Shown piece by piece: positions 36,553 to 45,467 of a stretch of DNA of 64,000 nt. The position numbers were made by a program, and so were the translations under genes. The notes beneath the pieces were generated by a model, which had not been told where the DNA came from, ran no database searches, and was given only the letters and a program-made list of their open reading frames with translations. Source of the DNA: an uncultured Gammaproteobacteria bacterium (GTDB lineage Bacteria; Patescibacteriota; Microgenomatia; Woykebacterales; RBG-16-39-9b); NCBI GenBank assembly GCA_964349395.1, contig CAYGGA010000003.1, positions 1,424 to 65,423 on the forward strand, read 5' to 3'. Position 1 is the stretch's first letter; every line of letters begins with the position of its first letter.

Positions 36553-38403
36553 CTACTCCATTTTAGCATAATTGAATTGACAGCCTTTTCCCAAACCAGT
36601 GATAATAAGTCTAACTTGAAAAAACTTTTCCTATCCCCCACCTTTAAGTTTGGTTTTATCGCTGCCATAGTTTATCTGTTAATTGCAATCGTACTCACCT
36701 GGCCGCTAATATCAAAATTTACGACTCACATTCCTGGGGTGGATGAAGACTCCGCCACTCATATTTGGTATCTGTGGTGGTTTAAATGGGCTTTTGTAGA
36801 AGGCCACTCACCTCTTTTTAAAACTGACTGGATTTTTCATCCCCAGATTATTGACAGGATTTTTGATGTCCATACTTTTGTAAATGCAGCTATCTCCCTG
36901 CCTTTCCAATACCTAGTTGGCCTAATTGCTTCATCCAACCTCCTTTTCTATCTTAACTTCTTCTTAACCGGTTTGGGTATGTTTGCTTTGGTTAAAAAAT
37001 TAACAGACAACTATTGGTCAGCTTTTATCGCAGGTTTGATAGTGGTCTTTATGCCCTATACATGGGGACAGATCCTGGACAATCACACCAATCTTTACAC
37101 TATCTGGTTTATTCCTTTTTATTTACTTTTTTTACTGCGGACTCTAGGTGAGAAAGGTTGGAAAAACCCACTACTAGCTGGGCTATTTTTTGGACTGCAA
37201 GCTTTGAATGATTTAACCCTAACTACTTTCATGATTGCTGCGACTTTAATGATCGGCTTTTATTACTTTGTTTTCCAACCCGGTATTATCCGAACTACCA
37301 AACTAAATCTTAATTGGGAAACTATTAAAAGGTTATTACTTCTAGGCACTATTTTTACTTTGGTTTTTCTTCCCCTTTTGGTTCCTGTTTCCCAAGCGAT
37401 TATGGGTGGCCAAGATCCAGGATCGTCTTTGCATGACCAGCAAGTTTGGTCAGCTCAACCCCAAAATTTCCTAATCCCTTCCGGAAACAATCCATTTCTT
37501 AGAGATTTCTCCAGAACTCAAAATGTTAATGCTATTGAGGGTAGCATCTATCTAGGCTTTATTGCAGTTGTATTAGCCCTAATTGGAATCATTTACTACT
37601 TGGCCATCAACCGTTATCTTTCTAGACAAATTGGTTTATGGGTTTTCCTTTTTATTTCTTTTCTGATTCTGTCTCTAGGTCCTTGCGCTCATTATCTAGG
37701 AATAAATACCAATTTGTCTTTTTGCTCTGGAACTCCCCTGCCTTTTGTCTTCTTTCACAAATTACCTTTTATTGGCGGTATCCAAGAACCTATCCGGATG
37801 CAAATCTACACCATGATTTGCTTAGCAGTGCTAGCTGGGTTTGGAATTAAGGCTACTCTAACTAGGTTTAACTTTGCCACTAAAATACTTCTCACCTTGG
37901 GGATTTCTCTTTTAATTCTCTTTGAATATTACACGCCCTTACCTTTAACTGATTTAACTGCTCCCCCAATCTATAAAACCATTCAGGAGGACAGAAGTGA
38001 TTTTAGTGTTTTAAGTTTACCAGTAGGATGGAATAATCAATCTTTTAACACTGGTTTTTCTCCGATTGGGTCCTTGCAGTTTTTCCAGACTGCCCACGAA
38101 CATAAGTCTTTTAGAGCCACGGTTGCGCGAGTTCCTACCCAAAATATTCACTATTATCTGGATAAACCCTTGTTTAAATACCTCACTCAACCAGATTTGA
38201 GAATTCCTGACAAAGACGATCTAGATCCAGATCTGGCCCAAAAAACATTTAGCGACTTTCATATCAAATATATTGTAATGCATAAAAAGTACTATTTGCA
38301 GAAGAAGAAAAGTGCCGGACAAACCCAAGAGCTCATTGAAGGAGTTTTAAAAGCAGAAAAAATTCAAGAAGACAATGATATCGTTACTTATAAACTAAAG
38401 TAG
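36487..38403 (+). CDS. Polytopic membrane protein, GT-C-like novel family (paralog of 45468-47507 and 47554-49650)
   Basis: Loop after TM1 has GVDEDSATHIWYLWWFKWAF. A later block has MPYTWGQILDNHTNLYTIWFIPFY. About 12 TM helices plus a C-terminal soluble domain. The start is uncertain: the track ATG overlaps the divergent GT4 gene by 66 nt, and an in-frame TTG lies at 36616. Confidence 0.45.
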   Translation: MTNIDFSATFIKELVINLKNPHLLHFSIIELTAFSQTSDNKSNLKKLFLSPTFKFGFIAAIVYLLIAIVLTWPLISKFTTHIPGVDEDSATHIWYLWWFKWAFVEGHSPLFKTDWIFHPQIIDRIFDVHTFVNAAISLPFQYLVGLIASSNLLFYLNFFLTGLGMFALVKKLTDNYWSAFIAGLIVVFMPYTWGQILDNHTNLYTIWFIPFYLLFLLRTLGEKGWKNPLLAGLFFGLQALNDLTLTTFMIAATLMIGFYYFVFQPGIIRTTKLNLNWETIKRLLLLGTIFTLVFLPLLVPVSQAIMGGQDPGSSLHDQQVWSAQPQNFLIPSGNNPFLRDFSRTQNVNAIEGSIYLGFIAVVLALIGIIYYLAINRYLSRQIGLWVFLFISFLILSLGPCAHYLGINTNLSFCSGTPLPFVFFHKLPFIGGIQEPIRMQIYTMICLAVLAGFGIKATLTRFNFATKILLTLGISLLILFEYYTPLPLTDLTAPPIYKTIQEDRSDFSVLSLPVGWNNQSFNTGFSPIGSLQFFQTAHEHKSFRATVARVPTQNIHYYLDKPLFKYLTQPDLRIPDKDDLDPDLAQKTFSDFHIKYIVMHKKYYLQKKKSAGQTQELIEGVLKAEKIQEDNDIVTYKLK

Positions 38404-38423
38404 GGCCAAAGAAAACTTTGACC

Positions 38424-38663
38424 CTAGTCATCTCCCTCACTTCTTACCACTCGCTTCGCCGGATCGATCCTTCTGAAGATGTAAAAACAAGCCACCAGTG
38501 AGACCAATCCCCCAGTAAGACTTATTATGGAAACGACGTCTTCACTAGCGTCAAACACACCATAGCCAACCAACGAAATGGTTGCTACAGCTACCGTGGC
38601 GATTATGATGTTGCGCAAAATCCACCATAAAGATTGGAGCTCTTCTGCCAAGATTTTTTTCAT
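38424..38663 (-). CDS. Small (79 aa) two-TM membrane protein, unknown function
   Basis: Two hydrophobic helices (IIIATVAVATISLVGYGVF; IISLTGGLVSLVACFYIF). Stand-alone gene flanked by intergenic regions. Confidence 0.3.
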   Translation of the reverse strand: MKKILAEELQSLWWILRNIIIATVAVATISLVGYGVFDASEDVVSIISLTGGLVSLVACFYIFRRIDPAKRVVRSEGDD

Positions 38664-38720
38664 GTCTCATCCCCTTCTCTCGGACCAAATTATACTCCCT
38701 TCGCAATCCTGTTTCAACAA

Positions 38721-38744
38721 TACTAATATACTAGTATATTAGTA
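38721..38744. promoter_or_regulatory. 24-bp perfect palindrome TACTAATATACTAGTATATTAGTA
   Basis: Seen directly. It lies about 60 bp upstream of the small membrane-protein gene and about 65 bp downstream of the GT4 gene that ends at 38809. Confidence 0.4.
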
Positions 38745-38808
38745 TATCGAACTACCAAACATACTGGCATACTTGGTACAAACTTAGGTTAAGCTAATAA
38801 ATAAATGA

Positions 38809-39939
38809 TCACTTTTTAGGGACGAGATTTTGGTATATTTCCCAAGTTTTACTAGCGATTTTTTCCTGCGTGTAGTTATTTTTTACTCTTTCAAGTCCCT
38901 TTTTGCTAAAGTCCTGCCAAAGTTTTTTATTACTTATTAATTCCTCTATCTTTTTCCTTAAATCTTCACTGTCTTTTTCTCTAAAAACTGCCCCCGCTTC
39001 CCCAATCACTTCAGGAATAGCACCACTATTTGACCCTAGGGTAGGGACGCCAGCCGCCATTGATTCAATTAGAACATGACCAAATTGCTCTTTCCAAACC
39101 GGAGTAGTTTCTGAAGCCAAAACAAAAAGATCTAACACACTAAAGTAACTTGGCATATCAGAATGAGGCACAACTCCAGGAGCCGCAATCCTAGGATCTT
39201 CATTGGCAAGGTTTTGAATTTCATTAAGCATAGGTCCTGACCCAATAAAAAGTAAGGAAATATTTGCAATTTTAATCTTTTTAAAAGCTTCTAAAATAGT
39301 TCTGATTCCCTTTTGCTCCTCTAGCCTAGCAAAGCTTCCGATTACAAAACTTCTCAAACCAAGTTTCTTTTTAAGCTCATCAGCTCCTCTTTTTTTGAAA
39401 ACTTCTGGATCTACACCTAGTTGGGGAAGAACAGTGATCGGTTTCCTAAAACCACGCTTTTCTAAAATTTCTTTAGCCTCAGAATTTCCTGCAATCGCCC
39501 AATCAGCCAATTTTAGATTTATTTTTTCAATTAGCTGATACCATGGTCGGTGACGTCTATAAAGATTCTCCCAGCTAAAAAAAATAATTTTTTTCTTAAA
39601 CAATTTTCCAAACACTATAAATTCAAACAAACTTATACTCCAGGGCTCTTCCTCCACATGAATAATATCAGGATCAAAATCATGTATTAGCTTCAGGACT
39701 TTTAGTGGGGAGAAAAAAAAGCGGTCATTCTTCCCAGACCCAATGGCTGGAAACGACTTTATCAAGTATTTTGGGTCTGAGGTTTTCTCTAGTTGAGTGT
39801 CCCGCAAGGGTGCTTTCCAAGAAGTAGGGGCCAGTAAATTTATCTCTAAATCAGGTTTTTGCGCTAAAGCTTCTACTTTTTGCTGGTTAATTGCTACTAC
39901 GTAAGCATGAGAAATAAGCAAAATTTTAGTTTTCTTCAT
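38809..39939 (-). CDS. Glycosyltransferase family 4
   Basis: FGHVLIESMAAGVPTLGSNSGAIPEVIGEAGAVF. Confidence 0.7.
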   Translation of the reverse strand: MKKTKILLISHAYVVAINQQKVEALAQKPDLEINLLAPTSWKAPLRDTQLEKTSDPKYLIKSFPAIGSGKNDRFFFSPLKVLKLIHDFDPDIIHVEEEPWSISLFEFIVFGKLFKKKIIFFSWENLYRRHRPWYQLIEKINLKLADWAIAGNSEAKEILEKRGFRKPITVLPQLGVDPEVFKKRGADELKKKLGLRSFVIGSFARLEEQKGIRTILEAFKKIKIANISLLFIGSGPMLNEIQNLANEDPRIAAPGVVPHSDMPSYFSVLDLFVLASETTPVWKEQFGHVLIESMAAGVPTLGSNSGAIPEVIGEAGAVFREKDSEDLRKKIEELISNKKLWQDFSKKGLERVKNNYTQEKIASKTWEIYQNLVPKK

Positions 39940-41038
39940 TTAACTCCTCATAAACTTGGTAGGTCTCTTTTGCGGTTTTTCCCCAATCAAACTTCTCTGC
40001 TTGCGCCACTAGAGTTTTTTTCAGCCCCTTGAGTTCCTCGCTTTTTAAACCTAACAACCTCTTTACTTCCTGAGCGATCTCCTTCTCCTCTTGAGGGTCT
40101 ACTCCCACTAGAGTGTCACCTGCGATTTCCTCTAAACTAGTATTTTTGGAAATGACTGCGGGCAAACCACAGCTCATCGCCTCTAACACCGGCAGCCCAA
40201 ACCCTTCAAAAAGGGAAGGGTAGACTAACACGCTACTAAGGCTATAAAGTTGTATTAACTCTTTCTCGTTGAGAAAGCCCGCTTCAATAATATCGTCCTT
40301 AAGATTATAGAGTTGTATTAATTCTTTCTGACCGGGAGTAAATTCTGGGCCCACTTTAACAAAAATAAAAGTAACCTTCTCTTCTCTGAGGATTTTAAGG
40401 GTCTGAAAGATTTTCTCGAGATTTTTGTAGGGAAGATTATTACCCACATGTAATAGGACCGGCCTGGCTGGTAAATCTAGCTTGGCTTTTATTTCCCCCG
40501 AGTTCTCAACTTGTCTGAAAGCTTCATTTCTACCCAAATAAATCACTTTAATCTTTTTGGGTGATATATCTAACATTGACAATAAGTCCTTTTTGGTAGC
40601 TTCAGAATCCACAATTATGCACTTAACCTCTTTCAAATAACTAACACTTTTTTTAAATAGATTTAAAGAGAGGGGGTCTTTTTCTACGCGGGTCCCATCG
40701 GGCAAGAATTTCAGGGGTATTAAGTCGTGACACGTGACAACTGTTTTCTCATGGTCTAAAAACTGACTGACCTGGGCAAAACTGTGATCAGTAATATGAT
40801 TTACATTACCTTCATGCCTTTGAGCATAAAAAGGGTAGTAGTAAAAACGCGAAAGTTGGTAACGCCATCTTGGAGGCAAATAAGTTAGGGCCTTAGGAAT
40901 ACTTGGTTGAAAACTAATCAGGTCATCATCACTTTTTCTGATTTTATCTAAGTTTTTTCTTAATTCCACTCCATACCTCTCCATACTTAAAGAAGTCCAT
41001 TTTTGATCTATTAAATTTAAGAAAAGTGCAATTCTCAT
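39926..41038 (-). CDS. Glycosyltransferase family 4
   Basis: SLFEGFGLPVLEAMSCGLPAVISKNTSLEEIAGD. Contains an internal duplication (KELIQLYNL / KELIQLYSL). Confidence 0.7.
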   Translation of the reverse strand: MRIALFLNLIDQKWTSLSMERYGVELRKNLDKIRKSDDDLISFQPSIPKALTYLPPRWRYQLSRFYYYPFYAQRHEGNVNHITDHSFAQVSQFLDHEKTVVTCHDLIPLKFLPDGTRVEKDPLSLNLFKKSVSYLKEVKCIIVDSEATKKDLLSMLDISPKKIKVIYLGRNEAFRQVENSGEIKAKLDLPARPVLLHVGNNLPYKNLEKIFQTLKILREEKVTFIFVKVGPEFTPGQKELIQLYNLKDDIIEAGFLNEKELIQLYSLSSVLVYPSLFEGFGLPVLEAMSCGLPAVISKNTSLEEIAGDTLVGVDPQEEKEIAQEVKRLLGLKSEELKGLKKTLVAQAEKFDWGKTAKETYQVYEELNEEN

Positions 41039-41922
41039 TTTATGTCTTTTTGCTTCCTGGAAGCAGACAGAAGCCCCCGAGCAATATTGAAGTTTTCAAG
41101 TAGTCGAATAAAAGCGTAAGGGCGAGTCTTTCGCCTAGCTAAATCCTTCAGAAACTGGGTAGGCACGGCCAAAAAACGTGAGTAAATAACATCTCCAGTA
41201 AGAGGGGACTCATGTTTATTGACAAAATAGTAAGTTCCTACCCCCCGAACATAACTCTGGCGAATAAATCTTTTCAAACCGTAAGGTTGGTAATGATCGG
41301 CTTTTAAAGGGATGTAAAGAAGTTTATACCCCAAATCAGTAATTCGTTTTTTCAAATCGGCATCTTCTCCTGCAGGAACGGGAAAATTCTCATCAAACCC
41401 ATTTACTTCATTTAGAATTTTTTTCTTAAAAGCCAGATTATTGGTTCCCCCCGCCGGGTTTTCAAACCTGCCTACTCGTTCTTGGTTATCTGCCTGGTAG
41501 ATGTCATGACTCACAAACCATTCATACTGCGCAAATTTATTGTTTTTAAAAACTTCCTCAGGTGCCTTCATATACCCACCAACACCAACTACTTCTGGAT
41601 GCCTCTTAAACCCATCCAGCATCTTCTCCACCCAATCTGAAGGGAGTTTCATATCATCATCAGTAAAAGCAATCAGGTCAGTTTTGGCTTCTTTTATCCC
41701 TCTATTTCTAGCCTTAGCCGGTCCTGCATTCTCTTGCCAGAAGTAGTCAATACTCTTTAGTTTTCTGGTGTAATCCCTGACTATCTCCTCGCCCACATGA
41801 GAGCCATCCTCGACCACAACCAATGCGAAGTCTTTTTCTGTCTGCTCGGCTAAAGAGTCTAGGACCCGTCTGAGTCCATCCGGACGATTGTAGGTGGGTA
41901 TCACAACACTAATCTTTGGCAT
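41035..41922 (-). CDS. Glycosyltransferase family 2
   Basis: ISVVIPTYNRPDGLRRVLDSLAEQT...VVEDGSH. Confidence 0.7.
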   Translation of the reverse strand: MPKISVVIPTYNRPDGLRRVLDSLAEQTEKDFALVVVEDGSHVGEEIVRDYTRKLKSIDYFWQENAGPAKARNRGIKEAKTDLIAFTDDDMKLPSDWVEKMLDGFKRHPEVVGVGGYMKAPEEVFKNNKFAQYEWFVSHDIYQADNQERVGRFENPAGGTNNLAFKKKILNEVNGFDENFPVPAGEDADLKKRITDLGYKLLYIPLKADHYQPYGLKRFIRQSYVRGVGTYYFVNKHESPLTGDVIYSRFLAVPTQFLKDLARRKTRPYAFIRLLENFNIARGLLSASRKQKDIK

Positions 41923-43363
41923 CTTTTTCCTTTATAATACTCACAAATAATTTTATATCTTCCTTAATTTGCTGTCTCTCTAGTGCTAGCAAAGCCAGGA
42001 CGTAGGCTAACCCAATGATACTTGTTTTCGCTACTAGTCTCCAAAAGATTGGTACCTCTTCCCATGATACTAAGTAATTTGTTAAACAATAAACTAAAGA
42101 AGTTAGTCCGACGGCCACAATTGTGGGTGCAAAGATACCTTTATAATCAATTTTCACAAATTTATTGGCGTAAAAGTAGGCTAAAACTACTCCCACAACC
42201 ATAACTAGATTCAAACTTAAAGCCGCTCCTCTTTCCTGATATAAAACCACTAAAATCGGAGTTAGAATTAACAAAATTACTGCCTGAATTGTTAGATACT
42301 TTGACAATATTTGCGGTTTTCCAATCGCGGTCAAAAACGCCCCAGTATCATCAAAAATCGGACGCAACATAGAGAAGACCAAAAGTAGTTTAAACACTGG
42401 CACCATGGGCAGCCATTTTCCCCCCAAGAAAAACATTACAAAGTCCTCAGCGATTAAAAATAACCACAAGGAAAAGGGGGCAGACACGCGGAAAATATTT
42501 CTCAGAACTAAATTAAATGCAATTCCTAATTTTTCTTTTTCAGTTTGCAGTTTAGCGTATGTGGGCAGCGCAACTCGAGAAACCACCGCCGTCACCAAAC
42601 CAGTGGGTAGTTGGGCAAACTGGAAAGCTTTCACATAAAAACCTAAGACCGCGGCACTTATAAAAGTTCCTAAAACAAAGTCATTGTATTGGAAAAGAAT
42701 AAAAGTGGTCAGACCACCAATAAAAAGGAAGAAACCAAATTTAAAATACCATTTTATCATTGCTTGATTTATAGAAAACCCGATTTTCCAGCCCGAGAAT
42801 ATTAGTAAGCCAAGGAAAGTAAATAAAATACCGCTCACGTTCAGAGCGACCAGACTCCAAAGTCCCCACCCCAAAAAGGCTAAAGTAATTCCTATGATAG
42901 AAGACATAACTAAAGAGAGTACATCAATGATGGTGGTAATCTTGAAATTCAGTTCTTTTTCTAGAAAGACTCGGGGCGTACTACTAGCTGCCTTTAAAGG
43001 CATAAAAAAAGCTAGGATTAAAAGGACTAATATAACGTCTTGGGAATAGAATTTTGTTAGGAAGGGTACACTAATCAAGACTAAAAGTAGGTTTAAAAGG
43101 GCCAAAAGAACCTGAAGCGTAAAATGAACTTTAAAAGCTTCTTCAAGGTCATCTTGGCGGTGAATCAAAGCATAGTCTAATCCAAATTCCCTGACTCGTC
43201 CAAAAAATGAAAGAAAGAAATTTCCCAAGGCAATAATTCCGAAATGGTCCGGGATGAGTAGTCGAGCCATTATGACTGAAGAGATAATTCCCACCCCTAG
43301 TGAGACATAAGTGTTGAGGGACGCAAAAAGAGTACTCCTCACTGCTTGTCGTCCGACCTTCAT
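41909..43363 (-). CDS. wzx: Wzx-type oligosaccharide flippase (MOP/polysaccharide biosynthesis protein family)
   Basis: About 12-14 TM helices. N-terminal basic and TM pattern typical of the PST family (QAVRSTLFASLNTYVSLGVGIISSVIMARLL). Confidence 0.6.
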   Translation of the reverse strand: MKVGRQAVRSTLFASLNTYVSLGVGIISSVIMARLLIPDHFGIIALGNFFLSFFGRVREFGLDYALIHRQDDLEEAFKVHFTLQVLLALLNLLLVLISVPFLTKFYSQDVILVLLILAFFMPLKAASSTPRVFLEKELNFKITTIIDVLSLVMSSIIGITLAFLGWGLWSLVALNVSGILFTFLGLLIFSGWKIGFSINQAMIKWYFKFGFFLFIGGLTTFILFQYNDFVLGTFISAAVLGFYVKAFQFAQLPTGLVTAVVSRVALPTYAKLQTEKEKLGIAFNLVLRNIFRVSAPFSLWLFLIAEDFVMFFLGGKWLPMVPVFKLLLVFSMLRPIFDDTGAFLTAIGKPQILSKYLTIQAVILLILTPILVVLYQERGAALSLNLVMVVGVVLAYFYANKFVKIDYKGIFAPTIVAVGLTSLVYCLTNYLVSWEEVPIFWRLVAKTSIIGLAYVLALLALERQQIKEDIKLFVSIIKEKDAKD

Positions 43364-44466
43364 CTAGTTTTTCCAATCTCTTCGTAAGTTTTAATGAGAT
43401 TTCTTTCATAATTTTCCCAAGTGAATTTTTCGATTTTTTCCCGGGCTTTTTTGGAGTAAGCAACAAGAAGATCTCGGTTGTTATAAAACTTCAGCAAAGC
43501 CTGCTTCAAGCTCTCAACACTCCCCGTCTCCACAATAAACCCTTCCTGTCCATCTGCCACCAAACTACCACTATTGTGGGTAACAATCAAAGGTAAGCCC
43601 GCCGCCATGGCTTCATAAGTCACTAGAGCACTACCCTCCTCGATCGATGGAAAAACAAATAAATCACTTTCTTGGTAGTACTGCGTGAGATTATTGGAGT
43701 AATCGATGAATCGAATCTTCCTTAAGTTGTAGTTTTTGATTAAGTCCTTAAAGTCAGGGAAAATAGGTCCAATCAAAAGTAGCTCACTATCTTTTAAGTC
43801 CAGTTCCTGCCATGCTTGCAGGAGGTAGGGCAATCCTTTGCGAATGCCGACTTGACCCACAAAAATAGCCCGGAAGAGATTATCTTTTTTGTTTTTTTGC
43901 GGGGTAAATTTTTTAATATCCACCCCAAAATGAATCAAGCGGAGTTTGACTTTTGGATACCCGTTTTCTAAAAAACTATCATAAGCGAATTGAGAAGGGA
44001 CAAAGACAAAGTCAGCTTCTAAGTATTCCTGAACAGATTTTTTTAGAGTAAGAGGATTTACCGGTGTAAAATTTACTTTAAATTTTTTCATCTCCCTCTT
44101 TAAAAGATTATTTTGGGTAACAATATGACTAGAGGCTCTCTCAATGATTATCTGGGCACCTTTTTTCTTCGCTTGACGTAGGGATAACAGAGAGAAATTG
44201 TTCCATCCGTGGAAGATATTAGCCTGAGGCACTTGACGCGAGACAAGAAAATCAAAAAGATTATCTTTTACCAGATAACTTGGGATTCTATTTAACCACG
44301 GATAGGTCTCAACTTCCGAGTCTTTGAGAAAAGTGGTGTTATTGCCCGTCAAAAATGCTTTTTTAAGGTATCCGTGACCACTCAGAGCCTGAAGAGCGTG
44401 GGACGCGACATTACCAATCCCCCCTCCCGGTACTTTTGCGCCCACGGAGTAAGTAACTTTCATCAA
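43360..44466 (-). CDS. Glycosyltransferase family 4
   Basis: SIEEGSALVTYEAMAAGLPLIVTHNSGSLVADGQEGFIV. Confidence 0.7.
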   Translation of the reverse strand: MMKVTYSVGAKVPGGGIGNVASHALQALSGHGYLKKAFLTGNNTTFLKDSEVETYPWLNRIPSYLVKDNLFDFLVSRQVPQANIFHGWNNFSLLSLRQAKKKGAQIIIERASSHIVTQNNLLKREMKKFKVNFTPVNPLTLKKSVQEYLEADFVFVPSQFAYDSFLENGYPKVKLRLIHFGVDIKKFTPQKNKKDNLFRAIFVGQVGIRKGLPYLLQAWQELDLKDSELLLIGPIFPDFKDLIKNYNLRKIRFIDYSNNLTQYYQESDLFVFPSIEEGSALVTYEAMAAGLPLIVTHNSGSLVADGQEGFIVETGSVESLKQALLKFYNNRDLLVAYSKKAREKIEKFTWENYERNLIKTYEEIGKTR

Positions 44467-45422
44467 GTTCTCCAGTAAGGGTCCTTTTTGGCCGCAAGCG
44501 TTTTGGTGATACCCACCTCAGGACTATTTTTTGGTTCCCAACCCATATCTCTCTTGATCTTGGAGACATCAGAGATGTAATCCCCAGTCTCTAGCTTTAA
44601 TTGGTTGGTGTCCCACGGAACTTGGGTAACATGCCCTTTGCCGACCACTGCAACGATAGTTTCAGCCATCTGCAGTAAACTTACACCCCTGCCCAAGCCA
44701 ATGTTATACACTTGACCATCACTTTTTTTGTCCTCACCTAACTGCAAAAACAGATCGATTAAATCATCAACATACAAATAATCTCTCTTTTGCTCACCTT
44801 TTCCAAAAACTTTCAGCTCCTCATCCATTGTCGCTAAGTCAAAGAAATAATTGATGATATTGTACCCAAGGTTTGTCATCTGTAGGTGAGGTCCGTAGGG
44901 ATTTGAGATTCTTAAAACCGTGCTTCGAAGACCAAAGTTATCAAAATAAGCCTGGTGATATTTCTCCGCGGTTAGTTTATGAATGCCGTAAATACTGGTT
45001 GGATGCATGGGGGCATCTTCACTAACAGGGAGTTTGTCGACCTTACCAAATTCTAATCTGGAACCTGGAAAAATTATCTTGATATTGGGGTTTACTTTCC
45101 TGGCTGCTTCTAAAACAGTTAGGGTGCCTAAACAATTTACCTCTAAATCCAGTTCTGGATCTTTCATAGAGTTCGCCGAGCCACTTTTTCCCGCTAGATT
45201 AAAGAGGACATCCTGGTCCTGAAGTATTCTGGCGATTTTCTCGGAGTCACGGATATCTCCTGGTTGGTAATTAATTTTTTGGAGAAGGGAGGGAAGGGGA
45301 ATTTCTTGTTTTGGATCCAAGACTGAGATTATACTTCCTTCTTTAATTAATCTAGCAATTAGATTTAAACCGATAAAACCAAAACCGCCCAAGACCGCAA
45401 CTTTTTTACCCTCATAGTTCAT
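44463..45422 (-). CDS. NAD-dependent epimerase/dehydratase (extended SDR; UDP-sugar 4-epimerase-like)
   Basis: VAVLGGFGFIGLNL Rossmann motif. YxxxK region (IYGIHKLTAEKY). Confidence 0.7.
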   Translation of the reverse strand: MNYEGKKVAVLGGFGFIGLNLIARLIKEGSIISVLDPKQEIPLPSLLQKINYQPGDIRDSEKIARILQDQDVLFNLAGKSGSANSMKDPELDLEVNCLGTLTVLEAARKVNPNIKIIFPGSRLEFGKVDKLPVSEDAPMHPTSIYGIHKLTAEKYHQAYFDNFGLRSTVLRISNPYGPHLQMTNLGYNIINYFFDLATMDEELKVFGKGEQKRDYLYVDDLIDLFLQLGEDKKSDGQVYNIGLGRGVSLLQMAETIVAVVGKGHVTQVPWDTNQLKLETGDYISDVSKIKRDMGWEPKNSPEVGITKTLAAKKDPYWRT

Positions 45423-45467
45423 CTATGGTGAAATTTTATCATTTAAGGGGTAGTTAGTCTACTTGAC

